Origin: Anaerolineae bacterium
GTDB taxonomy: Bacteria > Chloroflexota > Anaerolineae > S016-19
Direction of reading: 5' to 3'
Length of the DNA: 44,404 nt
Assembly: GCA_015486235.1 (NCBI GenBank)
Contig: WFSD01000025.1
Coordinates: forward strand, 1-44,404
In this document: piece by piece, positions 15,993 through 25,398 of the stretch
Position numbering within the stretch: position 1 is the stretch's first letter
Layout: every line of letters starts with the position of its first letter
Translations under genes and position numbers: made by a program
The notes under the pieces: generated by a model
Database searches by the model: none
What the model was told of the DNA's origin: nothing
The model's input: the letters and a program-made list of their open reading frames with translations, nothing else

Positions 15993-17456
15993 ATGAATTC
16001 AACGATTTTTCTCTTGTCCTTTTTAATCCCACTAGTCCTTGGTGTGATAGAATTCAAGCTAGATAAGAAGAAAGCAGATGCTGTAATGTTGATCTCTGCG
16101 CTCCTTTCCCTGGTTCTGACAAGCTACGGGCTTGCGGTATTCCTTGGGAATAGAGGGACGTACCACTTAGTATACATCCAAAGCCAGGGACTTGGTGAGG
16201 TTTTCGGATTTGTGGTGGATACGACGAGTGTTTTAATGGCGTTCATTGTAAGCCTGACTGCGCTTCTGATCCTGCTGTATGCCATAGATTACATGGGTCC
16301 CTCCAACAAATCGAATCCCATAGCGAGCGGAAAGGGAACTTTCTACGGCTGGATGCTCATTCTCGAGGGCGCAGTTTTAGGCTTTTTGTTTTCTTCGAGC
16401 CTCTTAAGTTTCCTGGTCTTCGCCGAGGTTGTAACGATAGCAACGTGGGGGGTGACAAGATACTACAAAACTCCAAATGCCAGGCTTGCTGCAAACAAGG
16501 CATTTGGGTTCGTAAACCTTTCAGCGCTGGTTGGGCTTCTTCCCGTCGTTATCTTTGGGCTGGTGAAATATCATGACACAAGCCTGTACGCTCTCAGACA
16601 GCTTGGCAGCGAGGAGAAGCTTTGGGTGTTTCTTGGTATTATGTTTACAGCCATAACCATGAGTTCCCAGTTCCCTCTTTACTCATGGCTGCCGGACTCC
16701 ACGGAAGCCCCGGCACCGGCAAGTGCTTTTACCCACGGCATCGGGATTGTAGAGGCTGGACTCTTCATGATGATTAGGATTGTCCAGTTTATGGGCAGTA
16801 TTCCAAAAACCGGCTATTACGTAATAGCCCTTCTAATCGTCATAACGCAGGTGATGAGCATTTTCTACTACCCGCTTCAGAAGGATGCAAAGCGTTTGTT
16901 AGCATATTCGACTATAGCCCAGGTCGGGATTATGTACGTCGCCCTCCTAGGCGCCATATTGGGCTCTGCAGGAGGTCTGCAGGCATCGGTCTATCAGCTT
17001 CTCAACCACTCGCTTGTGAAGAGCCTGGCCTTCCTGGCTGCTGGTACTTTTGGCTTTAGCTTCGGCACATTTGATATGAAGAAAATAAAAGGCCTGAGGT
17101 GGATTCTCCCAGGAGCGGCCGTAGGGTGGTTCCTTGCGCTCTTAGGATTGGCTGGAGTACCCCCAATGGGCTTGTTCTTGAGCAAGGCGAATGTGATCAT
17201 GACGGGAACAATGGCCGTAAGAGGGGCTTCGTGGATAGAGTGGATTCCTATACTTCTGGTTCTCGTCGATGCTACGGTATTCTTTATGGTAGCAGTCCTC
17301 TGGATGAAGTCGATGCTCTTCGGTGAGCCGAGCTATGAGAATGGCAAGATGAGCCCACTGATGTGCGCAGTACTCGTCGTGCTCATAGTAGTGATGACTG
17401 TCTCTCCTTTCCTGACCCTTCACCTCACGGAGAGCATAAGATTTATAGGAGGATGA
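15993..17456 (+). CDS. Antiporter-like (NuoL/M/N, HyfB/D/F-type) membrane subunit of the hydrogenase complex
   Basis: The start is at MNSTIF behind GCAGGAGG. 487-aa polytopic protein with Mrp/Nuo-type motifs (WLPDSTEAPAPASAF, LAYSTIAQVG). Confidence 0.75.
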   Translation: MNSTIFLLSFLIPLVLGVIEFKLDKKKADAVMLISALLSLVLTSYGLAVFLGNRGTYHLVYIQSQGLGEVFGFVVDTTSVLMAFIVSLTALLILLYAIDYMGPSNKSNPIASGKGTFYGWMLILEGAVLGFLFSSSLLSFLVFAEVVTIATWGVTRYYKTPNARLAANKAFGFVNLSALVGLLPVVIFGLVKYHDTSLYALRQLGSEEKLWVFLGIMFTAITMSSQFPLYSWLPDSTEAPAPASAFTHGIGIVEAGLFMMIRIVQFMGSIPKTGYYVIALLIVITQVMSIFYYPLQKDAKRLLAYSTIAQVGIMYVALLGAILGSAGGLQASVYQLLNHSLVKSLAFLAAGTFGFSFGTFDMKKIKGLRWILPGAAVGWFLALLGLAGVPPMGLFLSKANVIMTGTMAVRGASWIEWIPILLVLVDATVFFMVAVLWMKSMLFGEPSYENGKMSPLMCAVLVVLIVVMTVSPFLTLHLTESIRFIGG

Positions 17457-17459
17457 AAA

Positions 17460-19454
17460 ATGGTAATTTACCTTCTTGAACTCTCGTTAGCGTTGTTTGC
17501 ACTTGGGGCAATCTCTGGCATTGTCTCGGAGTACAAGAGTGTCATGAGACTGTCGAGCGCGTTTGCAACCCTGGCGTCGCTCTCGCTTATTGCTCTGATC
17601 GTAGAGGCTTATGAACGTCTGCCCATCAAGGGTGAGATATTGGGAACTCCAATAACGATAGATGGGTTGAGCCTGGTATTTCTGACCATCATCGGGGTGG
17701 TTGGCCTCGCCGATGCTATCTATACGTTCAACTACATGGACAAGTACGAAAAGCTTGGAAAGGCATGGGTCTTTGCATTAGCTTACAATGCCTTCTTAGC
17801 ATCAATGGTGTTGATTGTCACGACATCCCATCTTGTTTGGTTTGTGTTCTGGTGGGAAATAATGACGTTTAGCTCATTTGTACTTGTGATCTGGGACGAA
17901 AAAGATAGCCTCTGGGATGGAGTGGAGTATTACATAACAATGCACCTGGCCAGCACATTGCCGCTCCTGTTGGCAATGGCGATAGGCTACTCTGTCGTTG
18001 GCTCATTTGATGGTATGGGCTTTTCAGACATTGCTGCCCATATTGGAACCCTCTCGCCGGCCTTGGTGAAGCTCCTGTATGCCTCTTTTCTCCTGGCTTT
18101 CATGGCTAAAGCCGGCGTGGTGCCTCTTCACTTTTGGCTTCCTCCAGCGCACTCGAGTGCACCAAGTGACGTGTCGACTCTGCTGAGCGGTGTAATGATA
18201 AAAATGGCGGTCTATGGTTTAGTCAGGACAACTTTCTTCATCCTGAAGCCAAACATGACTTTTGGTTACACAGTCGCGATACTCGGAGTTGTAACGTTAG
18301 TGGTTGGCACATTGTATGCACTGAAGCAGACGAATGCAAAGCGCCTGCTGGCATATCACAGCGTTGGTCAGATGGGCTATATCTGGCTGGGTGTGGGAAT
18401 TGGAATAACCCTCATAGGAAGCTCTAATCCCACTCTGGCTTTCATAGGTGCCCTGGGGTTGACCGCGGGGCTGTTCCATGCCCTAAACCATGCTCTATTT
18501 AAAGGTTCACTGTTTCTCTCTGCCGGGGCCATTGAGTACGCATCCGGCACCAAGAACCTGGACAAGCTCAGTGGGCTGTACAAGCTTATGCCCTGGACGG
18601 GAATATTCGCCCTGTTTGCATCCCTGGGGATATCGGGTGTTCCGTTGTTCAACGGCTTTGTCTCGAAGTGGATGATCTATGAGGCGGGGTACTATTCCAA
18701 GAATTTCTGGTTCGTGCTTGGAGCGATCTTTGCCCTGTTGATAAGTGCTGTGACATTAGCTTCGTTCGTTAAGTTCTATAATTCAGCTTTCGGGGGAGAA
18801 CCGAACGAGCTTACAGGCAAGGCTAAGGAGGTGCCGGGGTCGATGCTGGTCGGACAGGCCATACTCTCGCTTCTCTGTCTCGTGATCGGCATTTTCCCAG
18901 CCACAGCACTTGCAATAGTTGCTCTGCCAGTAGGAAAGGGAGTTATCACTAGCGGGGTATTGGGTCTGAGTTTCCATTCTATCTACTTCTCACCAGTTCT
19001 CCTGGCGATAGTCTTAGGGGTGCTTTTCATGGCATTCCTTCTCTTGTTGCCAGCAAGGGCCAAAGAGACGGCGAAGCCATGGGATTGTGGTTCCACATTT
19101 TTCCCGGAAGAAAGATACAGGTTAAGAGCGAGTGATTATTATCGCCCATATGAAAAGAAGATAAGTGCTTTCTACGCCTCTGGGGGGTTCTTTAGCGATT
19201 TGGGCTCAGAAGTGATAAACCGTGTGATAGCAGCCTATGTCTGGGTGGGTAAGTACTTTGTGAGGACCGCCGAGATCCCTTGGGTAACGGTCAGAAGTGT
19301 GGATGACCTCAGGGACGGGGTAGCTCTCCACTTAGACGATGCCCTGATAATGCCGGTCGTCAGATTCGTTAAGGTTGTAGGCATGCTTTCGAAGGCTGCT
19401 GTTGTGCTCGTGCTAATCGTGGTTGTGGCCATCTTGGCAGCTTTGATATGGTGA
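17460..19454 (+). CDS. Antiporter-like (HycC/HyfB, NuoL-type) membrane subunit of the hydrogenase complex
   Basis: 664-aa polytopic protein with the motifs WLPPAHSSAPSDVSTLLSG and LAYHSVGQMGY. Confidence 0.75.
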   Translation: MVIYLLELSLALFALGAISGIVSEYKSVMRLSSAFATLASLSLIALIVEAYERLPIKGEILGTPITIDGLSLVFLTIIGVVGLADAIYTFNYMDKYEKLGKAWVFALAYNAFLASMVLIVTTSHLVWFVFWWEIMTFSSFVLVIWDEKDSLWDGVEYYITMHLASTLPLLLAMAIGYSVVGSFDGMGFSDIAAHIGTLSPALVKLLYASFLLAFMAKAGVVPLHFWLPPAHSSAPSDVSTLLSGVMIKMAVYGLVRTTFFILKPNMTFGYTVAILGVVTLVVGTLYALKQTNAKRLLAYHSVGQMGYIWLGVGIGITLIGSSNPTLAFIGALGLTAGLFHALNHALFKGSLFLSAGAIEYASGTKNLDKLSGLYKLMPWTGIFALFASLGISGVPLFNGFVSKWMIYEAGYYSKNFWFVLGAIFALLISAVTLASFVKFYNSAFGGEPNELTGKAKEVPGSMLVGQAILSLLCLVIGIFPATALAIVALPVGKGVITSGVLGLSFHSIYFSPVLLAIVLGVLFMAFLLLLPARAKETAKPWDCGSTFFPEERYRLRASDYYRPYEKKISAFYASGGFFSDLGSEVINRVIAAYVWVGKYFVRTAEIPWVTVRSVDDLRDGVALHLDDALIMPVVRFVKVVGMLSKAAVVLVLIVVVAILAALIW

Positions 19455-19465
19455 GGTGATCAAAA

Positions 19466-20392
19466 ATGATGAAAATAAGTGCAAGCGTGATTGGGATTAT
19501 CGTAGGGATCGTTCTGGTCGTTTTCTTGCCTCCGTTCCTTGACGGAGTCGCACGGAAAGTGAAGGCCCGGGTGCAGTACAGAGTAGGCCCTCCGATACTG
19601 CAGACATTCTATGACCTGCAGAAGTTATTCGGGTTGCCTTCGTTGAGGCCCACAGAAAACAGGTGGTTCCGAGTAGCTCCGTACCTGGCCCTGGCATCAG
19701 TATTCTCGGCTGCTTTTCTGTTACCGTACGGGAAATGGGTTCCAGTCAGGTTCAGTGGCGACATAATCGTGTTCCTTTACGTTCTGGCGATGGTTAGCAT
19801 TGCCATCATGATCGGGGCATTCAGCACCCAGAACGCCCATTCAAACATTGGTGGGCACAGGGAAATGATGATGATGCTGAGTGTCGAGCCAGTATTAGGG
19901 ATAGCTTTGGGAATATTCGCATTCAAGGCGGGCACCCTTTCTCTTTCAGAGATCCCACTGAAAGTCCCGGCAAGCTTTTCAACAGTGCTGGCTTATCTGT
20001 TATTGATATATGCAGCTTATGCCGAGGGTGGATTTGTCCCCTTCGACGTAGCAGAGGCGGAAACAGAAATAGCAGGAGGTGTTTTGGTTGAGTATAGCGG
20101 AAGACTTCTGGGAGTGCTTGAATACGCGATGTTGGCAAAGAGACTCGTCTTACTCTGGCTACTCTCGACGTTCCTGACAATCCCCATACTTAGGGGCATA
20201 CAGCTGACCGGGATCGCCGGGGGGGTGGTTGTGCTGGTGGTTCAACTGATATTAGTTCTTGTAGCCTATCCCATCATAGCAGCATTGGAGGCAACAAATG
20301 CTCGTTATAGGATAGACCAGGCGGTTGCACTGAATACCAGGATCTTTTTGCTCTCACTAGTTGTGTTAGCTGTAGCGGCAGTGGGGTGGTAA
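19466..20392 (+). CDS. hycD: HycD/NuoH-like membrane subunit
   Basis: 308-aa polytopic protein with the N-terminal signature R..KARVQYRVGPP..Q.FYDL.KL, typical of NuoH/HycD. Confidence 0.75.
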   Translation: MMKISASVIGIIVGIVLVVFLPPFLDGVARKVKARVQYRVGPPILQTFYDLQKLFGLPSLRPTENRWFRVAPYLALASVFSAAFLLPYGKWVPVRFSGDIIVFLYVLAMVSIAIMIGAFSTQNAHSNIGGHREMMMMLSVEPVLGIALGIFAFKAGTLSLSEIPLKVPASFSTVLAYLLLIYAAYAEGGFVPFDVAEAETEIAGGVLVEYSGRLLGVLEYAMLAKRLVLLWLLSTFLTIPILRGIQLTGIAGGVVVLVVQLILVLVAYPIIAALEATNARYRIDQAVALNTRIFLLSLVVLAVAAVGW

Positions 20393-20423
20393 TCAAGCAC
20401 ATCTCAGTTAAGGAGGAGGTATT

Positions 20424-22121
20424 GTGGTTACAAAAGAGCGTCTTGCGGAATTCGAGGATAAGTTCAAGGGCGAGATAAGGGAGAAGAAAATCCTTACTCC
20501 TACTCAGATTCTTTACCTTGTGGATAAGAAAGGCCTGCCGGATATGGCGCATTACCTGCAGTACCATCCGGAATTCGATGAATCGTACTATGTTATGGGA
20601 GTCGGATCAGATGAGAGGCAACTGACAGGCAGGTTTGCTTATGCACCGGTCATAAACATGCTGGACAGTAGTGAGAAGCGCGAGAATTTCTACGTGATTC
20701 TGAAAGCCAGGTTGGACAAGGACAAACCGGAATTCCCGTCTGTCGCGCAAAAGCTCCCGGCAGCCCTTTGGGCCGAAAGAGAAGTTCGTGATCTGCTCGG
20801 GTTCAAGCCATTGGATCACCCTGACTTGAGAAGGCTTATTGCCCCAGAGGATTGGCCCGAGGGCGTCTATCCTCTGCGGAAAGACCATGAGTACAATGCC
20901 TCTCCCCCTGGCGAACTTCAGAATGCTTACAAGGAAGGACCTGCGGATACGTCGACGGTCCCGATCGGGCCGTATCACATGGCTCTGGATGAGCCTGCTC
21001 ATTTCAGGCTTTTCGTGAAAGGCGAAGAGATCGTTGATGTTGACTACAGGGGCTTTTATTCCCACCGGGGGATTGAGAAAATTGGGGAAGGCAGGCTGAC
21101 CTATAACCAAATATTCTACATAGCCGAGAGGATATGCGGAATATGTGGCTTCCAGCACTCTTGTGCGTATGCAATGGCCGTAGAGAACATAGCCGGTGTC
21201 GAAATACCGGAGAGGGCTCAGTATATTAGAACAATACTGCTCGAGATCGAGAGGATCCATTCACATCTGTTGTGGGCCGGAGTGGCGTGTCATTTGGTAG
21301 GCTTTGATACTGGCTTTATGCACGCGTGGCGCATAAGGGAAGATCCTGTCATGTGGCTGCCCGAAAGGCTGACGGGCGGCAGGAAAACCTACGGGATGAA
21401 TGTAGTCGGGGGTGTAAGAAGAGATTTCCTGGACTACAGGAAGGCAGAAATCCTCGATAAGATGAAACAGCTCAGGAAAGACGTCGAGAAGCTCTATAGC
21501 ATCGTGCTGAGCTCCGATATATTGATCAAGAGAGCGAAGGACGTAGGGGTCCTGCCTTACGAAGTAGCAAAGGCTTATGGAGTGGTCGGCCCTACTGCAA
21601 GGGCGTCGGGGCGAAACATAGACATCAGAAGGGACCACAAGGTATTTGCATACAAACATATAGACTTCGAAGTCCCCGTTTATCAGGAAGGGGATGTCTT
21701 GGCCCGGGTGCTGGTTCGGCTTGACGAGGTCTTGCAGAGCATAAACATCATAGAGCAAGCCGTGGATCAAATGCCCGAGGGCGATATTTTCACACCGATC
21801 GGGAAGCTCCCGGCTTACCATGAGGCGCTTGGGTATACCGAGGCCCACCGAGGCGAGGTAATACACTACGTGCTAACTGGCACTAACAACAAAGTCTACA
21901 GATGGAAAGTCAGGGCGCCAACTTACAACAACCTGCCAGCAGTTCCGGAGATGCTCAAAGGCTACAGGGTAGCCGATGCACCGTTGATCATAGCAAGTAT
22001 CGACCCCTGTTACGCATGCACAGAAAGGGTGCAGATAGTCGACGTGAAGACCGGCAAGATGAAAGTCCTGAATGAAGCTGAGTTCAACGAACTTTCGATT
22101 AGGGCTTCGGAGGGGTTATGA
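20424..22121 (+). CDS. hycE: Group 4 [NiFe]-hydrogenase large subunit (HycE-like, NuoC-NuoD fusion)
   Basis: GTG start behind AGGAGGAGG. Ni-binding motifs RICGICGFQH and DPCYACTER, followed by a ~30-aa C-terminal extension of the kind removed by HycI. Confidence 0.9.
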   Translation: MVTKERLAEFEDKFKGEIREKKILTPTQILYLVDKKGLPDMAHYLQYHPEFDESYYVMGVGSDERQLTGRFAYAPVINMLDSSEKRENFYVILKARLDKDKPEFPSVAQKLPAALWAEREVRDLLGFKPLDHPDLRRLIAPEDWPEGVYPLRKDHEYNASPPGELQNAYKEGPADTSTVPIGPYHMALDEPAHFRLFVKGEEIVDVDYRGFYSHRGIEKIGEGRLTYNQIFYIAERICGICGFQHSCAYAMAVENIAGVEIPERAQYIRTILLEIERIHSHLLWAGVACHLVGFDTGFMHAWRIREDPVMWLPERLTGGRKTYGMNVVGGVRRDFLDYRKAEILDKMKQLRKDVEKLYSIVLSSDILIKRAKDVGVLPYEVAKAYGVVGPTARASGRNIDIRRDHKVFAYKHIDFEVPVYQEGDVLARVLVRLDEVLQSINIIEQAVDQMPEGDIFTPIGKLPAYHEALGYTEAHRGEVIHYVLTGTNNKVYRWKVRAPTYNNLPAVPEMLKGYRVADAPLIIASIDPCYACTERVQIVDVKTGKMKVLNEAEFNELSIRASEGL

Positions 22122-22732
22122 TGGAAGATGTGAAAAAGATGTCTTATACTGAAACCTTGATGTCTTGGGAGCGACCTGACCTGAGGGTAGGGATCCCTGT
22201 GACTGTGAAATACCCTCTCGTCCCGACAGAGAAACCACCGGAGTACAGAGGGAAGCCTCATATCGATCCCAATGTGTGCATAGGCTGTGGGGCGTGTGTC
22301 CAAGCATGCCCGGCGAATGCCTTAACGGCCGAGTGGGATTTCGAGAGCGGTCTGAAGAGCATAGTTTCCAACCCTGCAAGATGTATCAGGTGCGGGAGAT
22401 GTCAAGAGGCATGCCCCACCGGGGCCATGAAGCTCACCCTGGAGTTCGAGCTTGCAACGCCGAACAAGGAGGATCTGGTTGAGGTTGTGGAACATCATCT
22501 GACGAAATGCAAGAAGTGCGGCAAGTACACTGAGTTTACCGAACGGCAGGTGAAGAAAGCGTTACAGATCTTGCCTAAGGAGATAATAGAGGCACGTGCT
22601 CTTGAGGAGAAAATGCAGCTGTGCCGAGAATGTAGAATGGAGGAAAGTGTAAAGGCTCTGGCGACACAGGAACATGTCATCGGCGATCCGTCACTCTTGC
22701 CCCCAGAGCGCACAAAGGGAGGGAAAGAATAA
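22118..22732 (+). CDS. hycF: HycF/NuoI-like 2x[4Fe-4S] subunit
   Basis: CIGCGACVQACP and CIRCGRCQEACP motifs. 4-nt overlap with hycE. Confidence 0.8.
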   Translation: MMEDVKKMSYTETLMSWERPDLRVGIPVTVKYPLVPTEKPPEYRGKPHIDPNVCIGCGACVQACPANALTAEWDFESGLKSIVSNPARCIRCGRCQEACPTGAMKLTLEFELATPNKEDLVEVVEHHLTKCKKCGKYTEFTERQVKKALQILPKEIIEARALEEKMQLCRECRMEESVKALATQEHVIGDPSLLPPERTKGGKE

Positions 22733-23523
22733 TGGGAAAACCAGCGCTTAAGTCAGTCTGGGTCTTCCATGTCGACAGTGGAAGCTGCAATGGTTGCGAT
22801 ATCGAGGTACTGGATATGCTCACTCCATACTACGATCCAGAGCGTTTTGGCATAAAGCTCGTTGGCACTCCCAGGCACGCCGATGCGTTGCTTGTCACTG
22901 GTGCAATGACCAGGCAGTGTCGCTATGCCGTGAAAAAGGTCTATGAAGCTATGCCTCCTAAACCAAGGATAGTCATCGCTGTGGGAACGTGTGCCTCTAG
23001 CGGCGGCATTTTCTACGATGGGTACCCGATCTACAGGAGCAAAGATCGTTTTGGAAGGGACAGGTTGAGGAGCGGAGGTGTCGAGGAGGTATTGCCTGTT
23101 GATATGTACATCCCTGGTTGCCCCCCGAGTCCTGAGGAAATACTCTTTGGAATAGCTCAGCTTTTAGGGATGAAAGAGAAAAGAGTGAAAGGAGAACATT
23201 ACACGGACAGGGAGACGGAGTTCAAGCTCCTCCAATATCCTATAGCAGAGCGCATCAGGCTGAGCTTACGGGAGTCCTTGAAGAAAGTCATTGGATATTT
23301 CGATAGAGACAGGGTTCTGGAAGATTTCATGGAAATGGCAGGAGAGGCAAATGGGGCGAAAGACCCAAAAGAAAAACTTCATGCTCTGGTTACAAGCTAC
23401 TTCTTGAAAGAGACAGACTCCCGCATGAAGTTTTCGATGAAATTCTTGGAGAACGAGTACTGGAGACTGAAAGATGCCTACGAAGCAAAGCACGTGGCAC
23501 TTACTGAAACTCATGTACCGTAA
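22732..23523 (+). CDS. hycG: Group 4 [NiFe]-hydrogenase small subunit (HycG/NuoB-like)
   Basis: CNGCDIE, GTCASSGG and IPGCPPSPE cluster ligand motifs. Its ATG overlaps the hycF stop. Confidence 0.85.
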   Translation: MGKPALKSVWVFHVDSGSCNGCDIEVLDMLTPYYDPERFGIKLVGTPRHADALLVTGAMTRQCRYAVKKVYEAMPPKPRIVIAVGTCASSGGIFYDGYPIYRSKDRFGRDRLRSGGVEEVLPVDMYIPGCPPSPEEILFGIAQLLGMKEKRVKGEHYTDRETEFKLLQYPIAERIRLSLRESLKKVIGYFDRDRVLEDFMEMAGEANGAKDPKEKLHALVTSYFLKETDSRMKFSMKFLENEYWRLKDAYEAKHVALTETHVP

Positions 23524-23566
23524 CCCTCCCTACGTGTCTCAATCTTTGGGACATTTTGCGGGAGAT

Positions 23567-23782
23567 ATGGCTATACTGGAGGAGATTGGGGAGCTTAGCG
23601 AGGAAGCGGTAGGGATAATCAAGGAAAGCCTCGCAACAGAGAAATCCGAAATAGACCTGACTTTCCCTGATCTGTCCCTCATCCCGATCGATCGGCTCCC
23701 GGAGAAGGATAAAGAGCTTCTCCTCAACTCTGCTAAAGAGCTCGAGGGCGACGCAAAACTCAAAATACTGAGATTGAGGTAA
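23567..23782 (+). CDS. Small acidic hypothetical protein (71 aa)
   Basis: The ORF is in operon orientation directly after hycG, and the start choice is uncertain. I recognise no motif. Confidence 0.3.
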   Translation: MAILEEIGELSEEAVGIIKESLATEKSEIDLTFPDLSLIPIDRLPEKDKELLLNSAKELEGDAKLKILRLR

Positions 23783-23783
23783 C

Positions 23784-24203
23784 ATGTGCAACAGCCGAGA
23801 AGAGAAAGCTGCCTTAGTCAAGCGCCTTATGGAGTACTACGGTGACAATCTGCTTTCTGTGATTTTCTATGGAGCTCATCTTAAGGGCATACTTGATGAA
23901 ATTGATGTATTCGTGATCATCGAGGAACCCACCGATCCTGTTAAGCTTAACAGACTCGCAGACTTCATCGAAGATATCAAGGAACCAATCGAGAGGAAAT
24001 ACGGGTGTCCGGTGGCCTTTGAGCTTTACATAAAGGAAGATGCCGACAGTTTCCATGCCGTTTACCTTGATATTGCAAAGGCTTACGAGATCGCCTATGA
24101 TAGGGGCAACTATTTCGCCGGGCTTCTTAGCAAGATGACCGATCCAGAAGTCTCGATGCACTATGTCCAGTATCTGAGCACAATCGAGATAATAGAGAGT
24201 TGA
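23784..24203 (+). CDS. Putative minimal nucleotidyltransferase-fold protein
   Basis: FYGAHLKG....DEIDVFVII resembles the G[SA]xxxG...DxD motif of Pol-beta-type nucleotidyltransferases. It starts 2 nt after the preceding ORF. Confidence 0.4.
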   Translation: MCNSREEKAALVKRLMEYYGDNLLSVIFYGAHLKGILDEIDVFVIIEEPTDPVKLNRLADFIEDIKEPIERKYGCPVAFELYIKEDADSFHAVYLDIAKAYEIAYDRGNYFAGLLSKMTDPEVSMHYVQYLSTIEIIES

Positions 24204-24424
24204 TGCATTGCGTGTCATAGGGTGGAGAATCTACAAGACCTCCCCTCGCCTGCAGAATGTTCTCAATGGAAGGTAACCTGGCAGTTCGGCAGAAGGGGGT
24301 TCCAATAGTCGCGTCTTCGACATCGAGAACGTGGAAGCGTCCCAGAGGGATAGGGGCGCTTTTTGTGGTTCACACTTGCGACGCTATGATTGCGAGTTTG
24401 CGAAATGCCTGACGGGAGAGTAAA

Positions 24425-24916
24425 TTGGAAAGGTTTTGGAAAACTCTCGAAGAATGCAGGAAGTGCGTCATTTGCGGAATAGGGAATCCTGAAAGAGGAG
24501 ACGATGCATTTGGTACCGTCGTAGCAAGGAAACTGAAAGATCGCCTCCGGGGAAGATCAAGTGTGGTCGTGTTGGACTGTGAGGGCGTGCCCGAAAAGTA
24601 CACCGACAAGATTATTGCAGTAGACCCGTCCCACGTCATTTTCGTGGACACGATAGACTTCGGGGGCAATCCCGGCGAGGTGGCCATCGTCGATCCGGAG
24701 GATACGGTTGGTTCGCTTCAATCGGTACATCGGTTACCTCTAAAGCTTCTGGTGCATTATCTGAAGGCGTACATAGATCCGGTTTTCTTGCTGGTGGGAT
24801 GTCAGCCGGTAGATACCGAGCTTTTCAGCGATATGAGCGATGATGTCGAGAAGGCTGTGCAGCCGGTGGTGGGAATGCTACTTGAGGCGGTCGCACGGGG
24901 GCCCGTCAGCTCATGA
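24425..24916 (+). CDS. hycI: Hydrogenase maturation endopeptidase
   Basis: GIGNPERGDDAFG motif with a later conserved His region. TTG start behind GGGAGAG. Confidence 0.75.
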   Translation: MERFWKTLEECRKCVICGIGNPERGDDAFGTVVARKLKDRLRGRSSVVVLDCEGVPEKYTDKIIAVDPSHVIFVDTIDFGGNPGEVAIVDPEDTVGSLQSVHRLPLKLLVHYLKAYIDPVFLLVGCQPVDTELFSDMSDDVEKAVQPVVGMLLEAVARGPVSS

Positions 24917-24989
24917 TGCTGTTGAACAGGCCTGCGACGAGGAAGAAAGCAGCGAAAGGAATGGTGCTATTTATGGGGGTAAGTCTGAC

Positions 24990-25331
24990 ATGCATGAATT
25001 GCCTTTTGTCGAAAGCGTTCTTAAAATAGCCTTAGAACAGGCCGAGCAAGCCAAAGCCAAGCGTGTTGTGGGAGTAACTCTGGTAATTGGTGATTTATCC
25101 AGTATGGTGGATGAATCTGTCCAGTTTTACTGGGACATAATAAGCGAGGGGACAATCGCCGAAGGCGCGAAATTACATTTCAAACGTCTTCCTGTAGTAT
25201 TTCAGTGCAAGGACTGTGGAACAAAGTACCAGTTAGATGGCGAGCATCTTGCATGTCCCAAGTGTGGGAGCACTCGCGTCTCTATAGTGAGCGGAGACGA
25301 GGCACGTTTTGAAAGCATAGAGGTGGAGTGA
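24990..25331 (+). CDS. hypA: Hydrogenase nickel-incorporation protein HypA
   Basis: N-terminal MHE and the zinc motif CKDCG...CPKCG. 113 aa. Confidence 0.85.
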   Translation: MHELPFVESVLKIALEQAEQAKAKRVVGVTLVIGDLSSMVDESVQFYWDIISEGTIAEGAKLHFKRLPVVFQCKDCGTKYQLDGEHLACPKCGSTRVSIVSGDEARFESIEVE

Positions 25332-25398
25332 AGTCGCCTTGTGCCAAGGAATGATCGCTGACATATCAACGTGTAACGCGAGAAAACAGAGGAGAGTT

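Noticed and set aside
20607-21866. Two minus-strand ORFs (217 aa and 201 aa)
   Set aside because: They are antisense to hycE, which carries both Ni-binding motifs. They are shadow ORFs.
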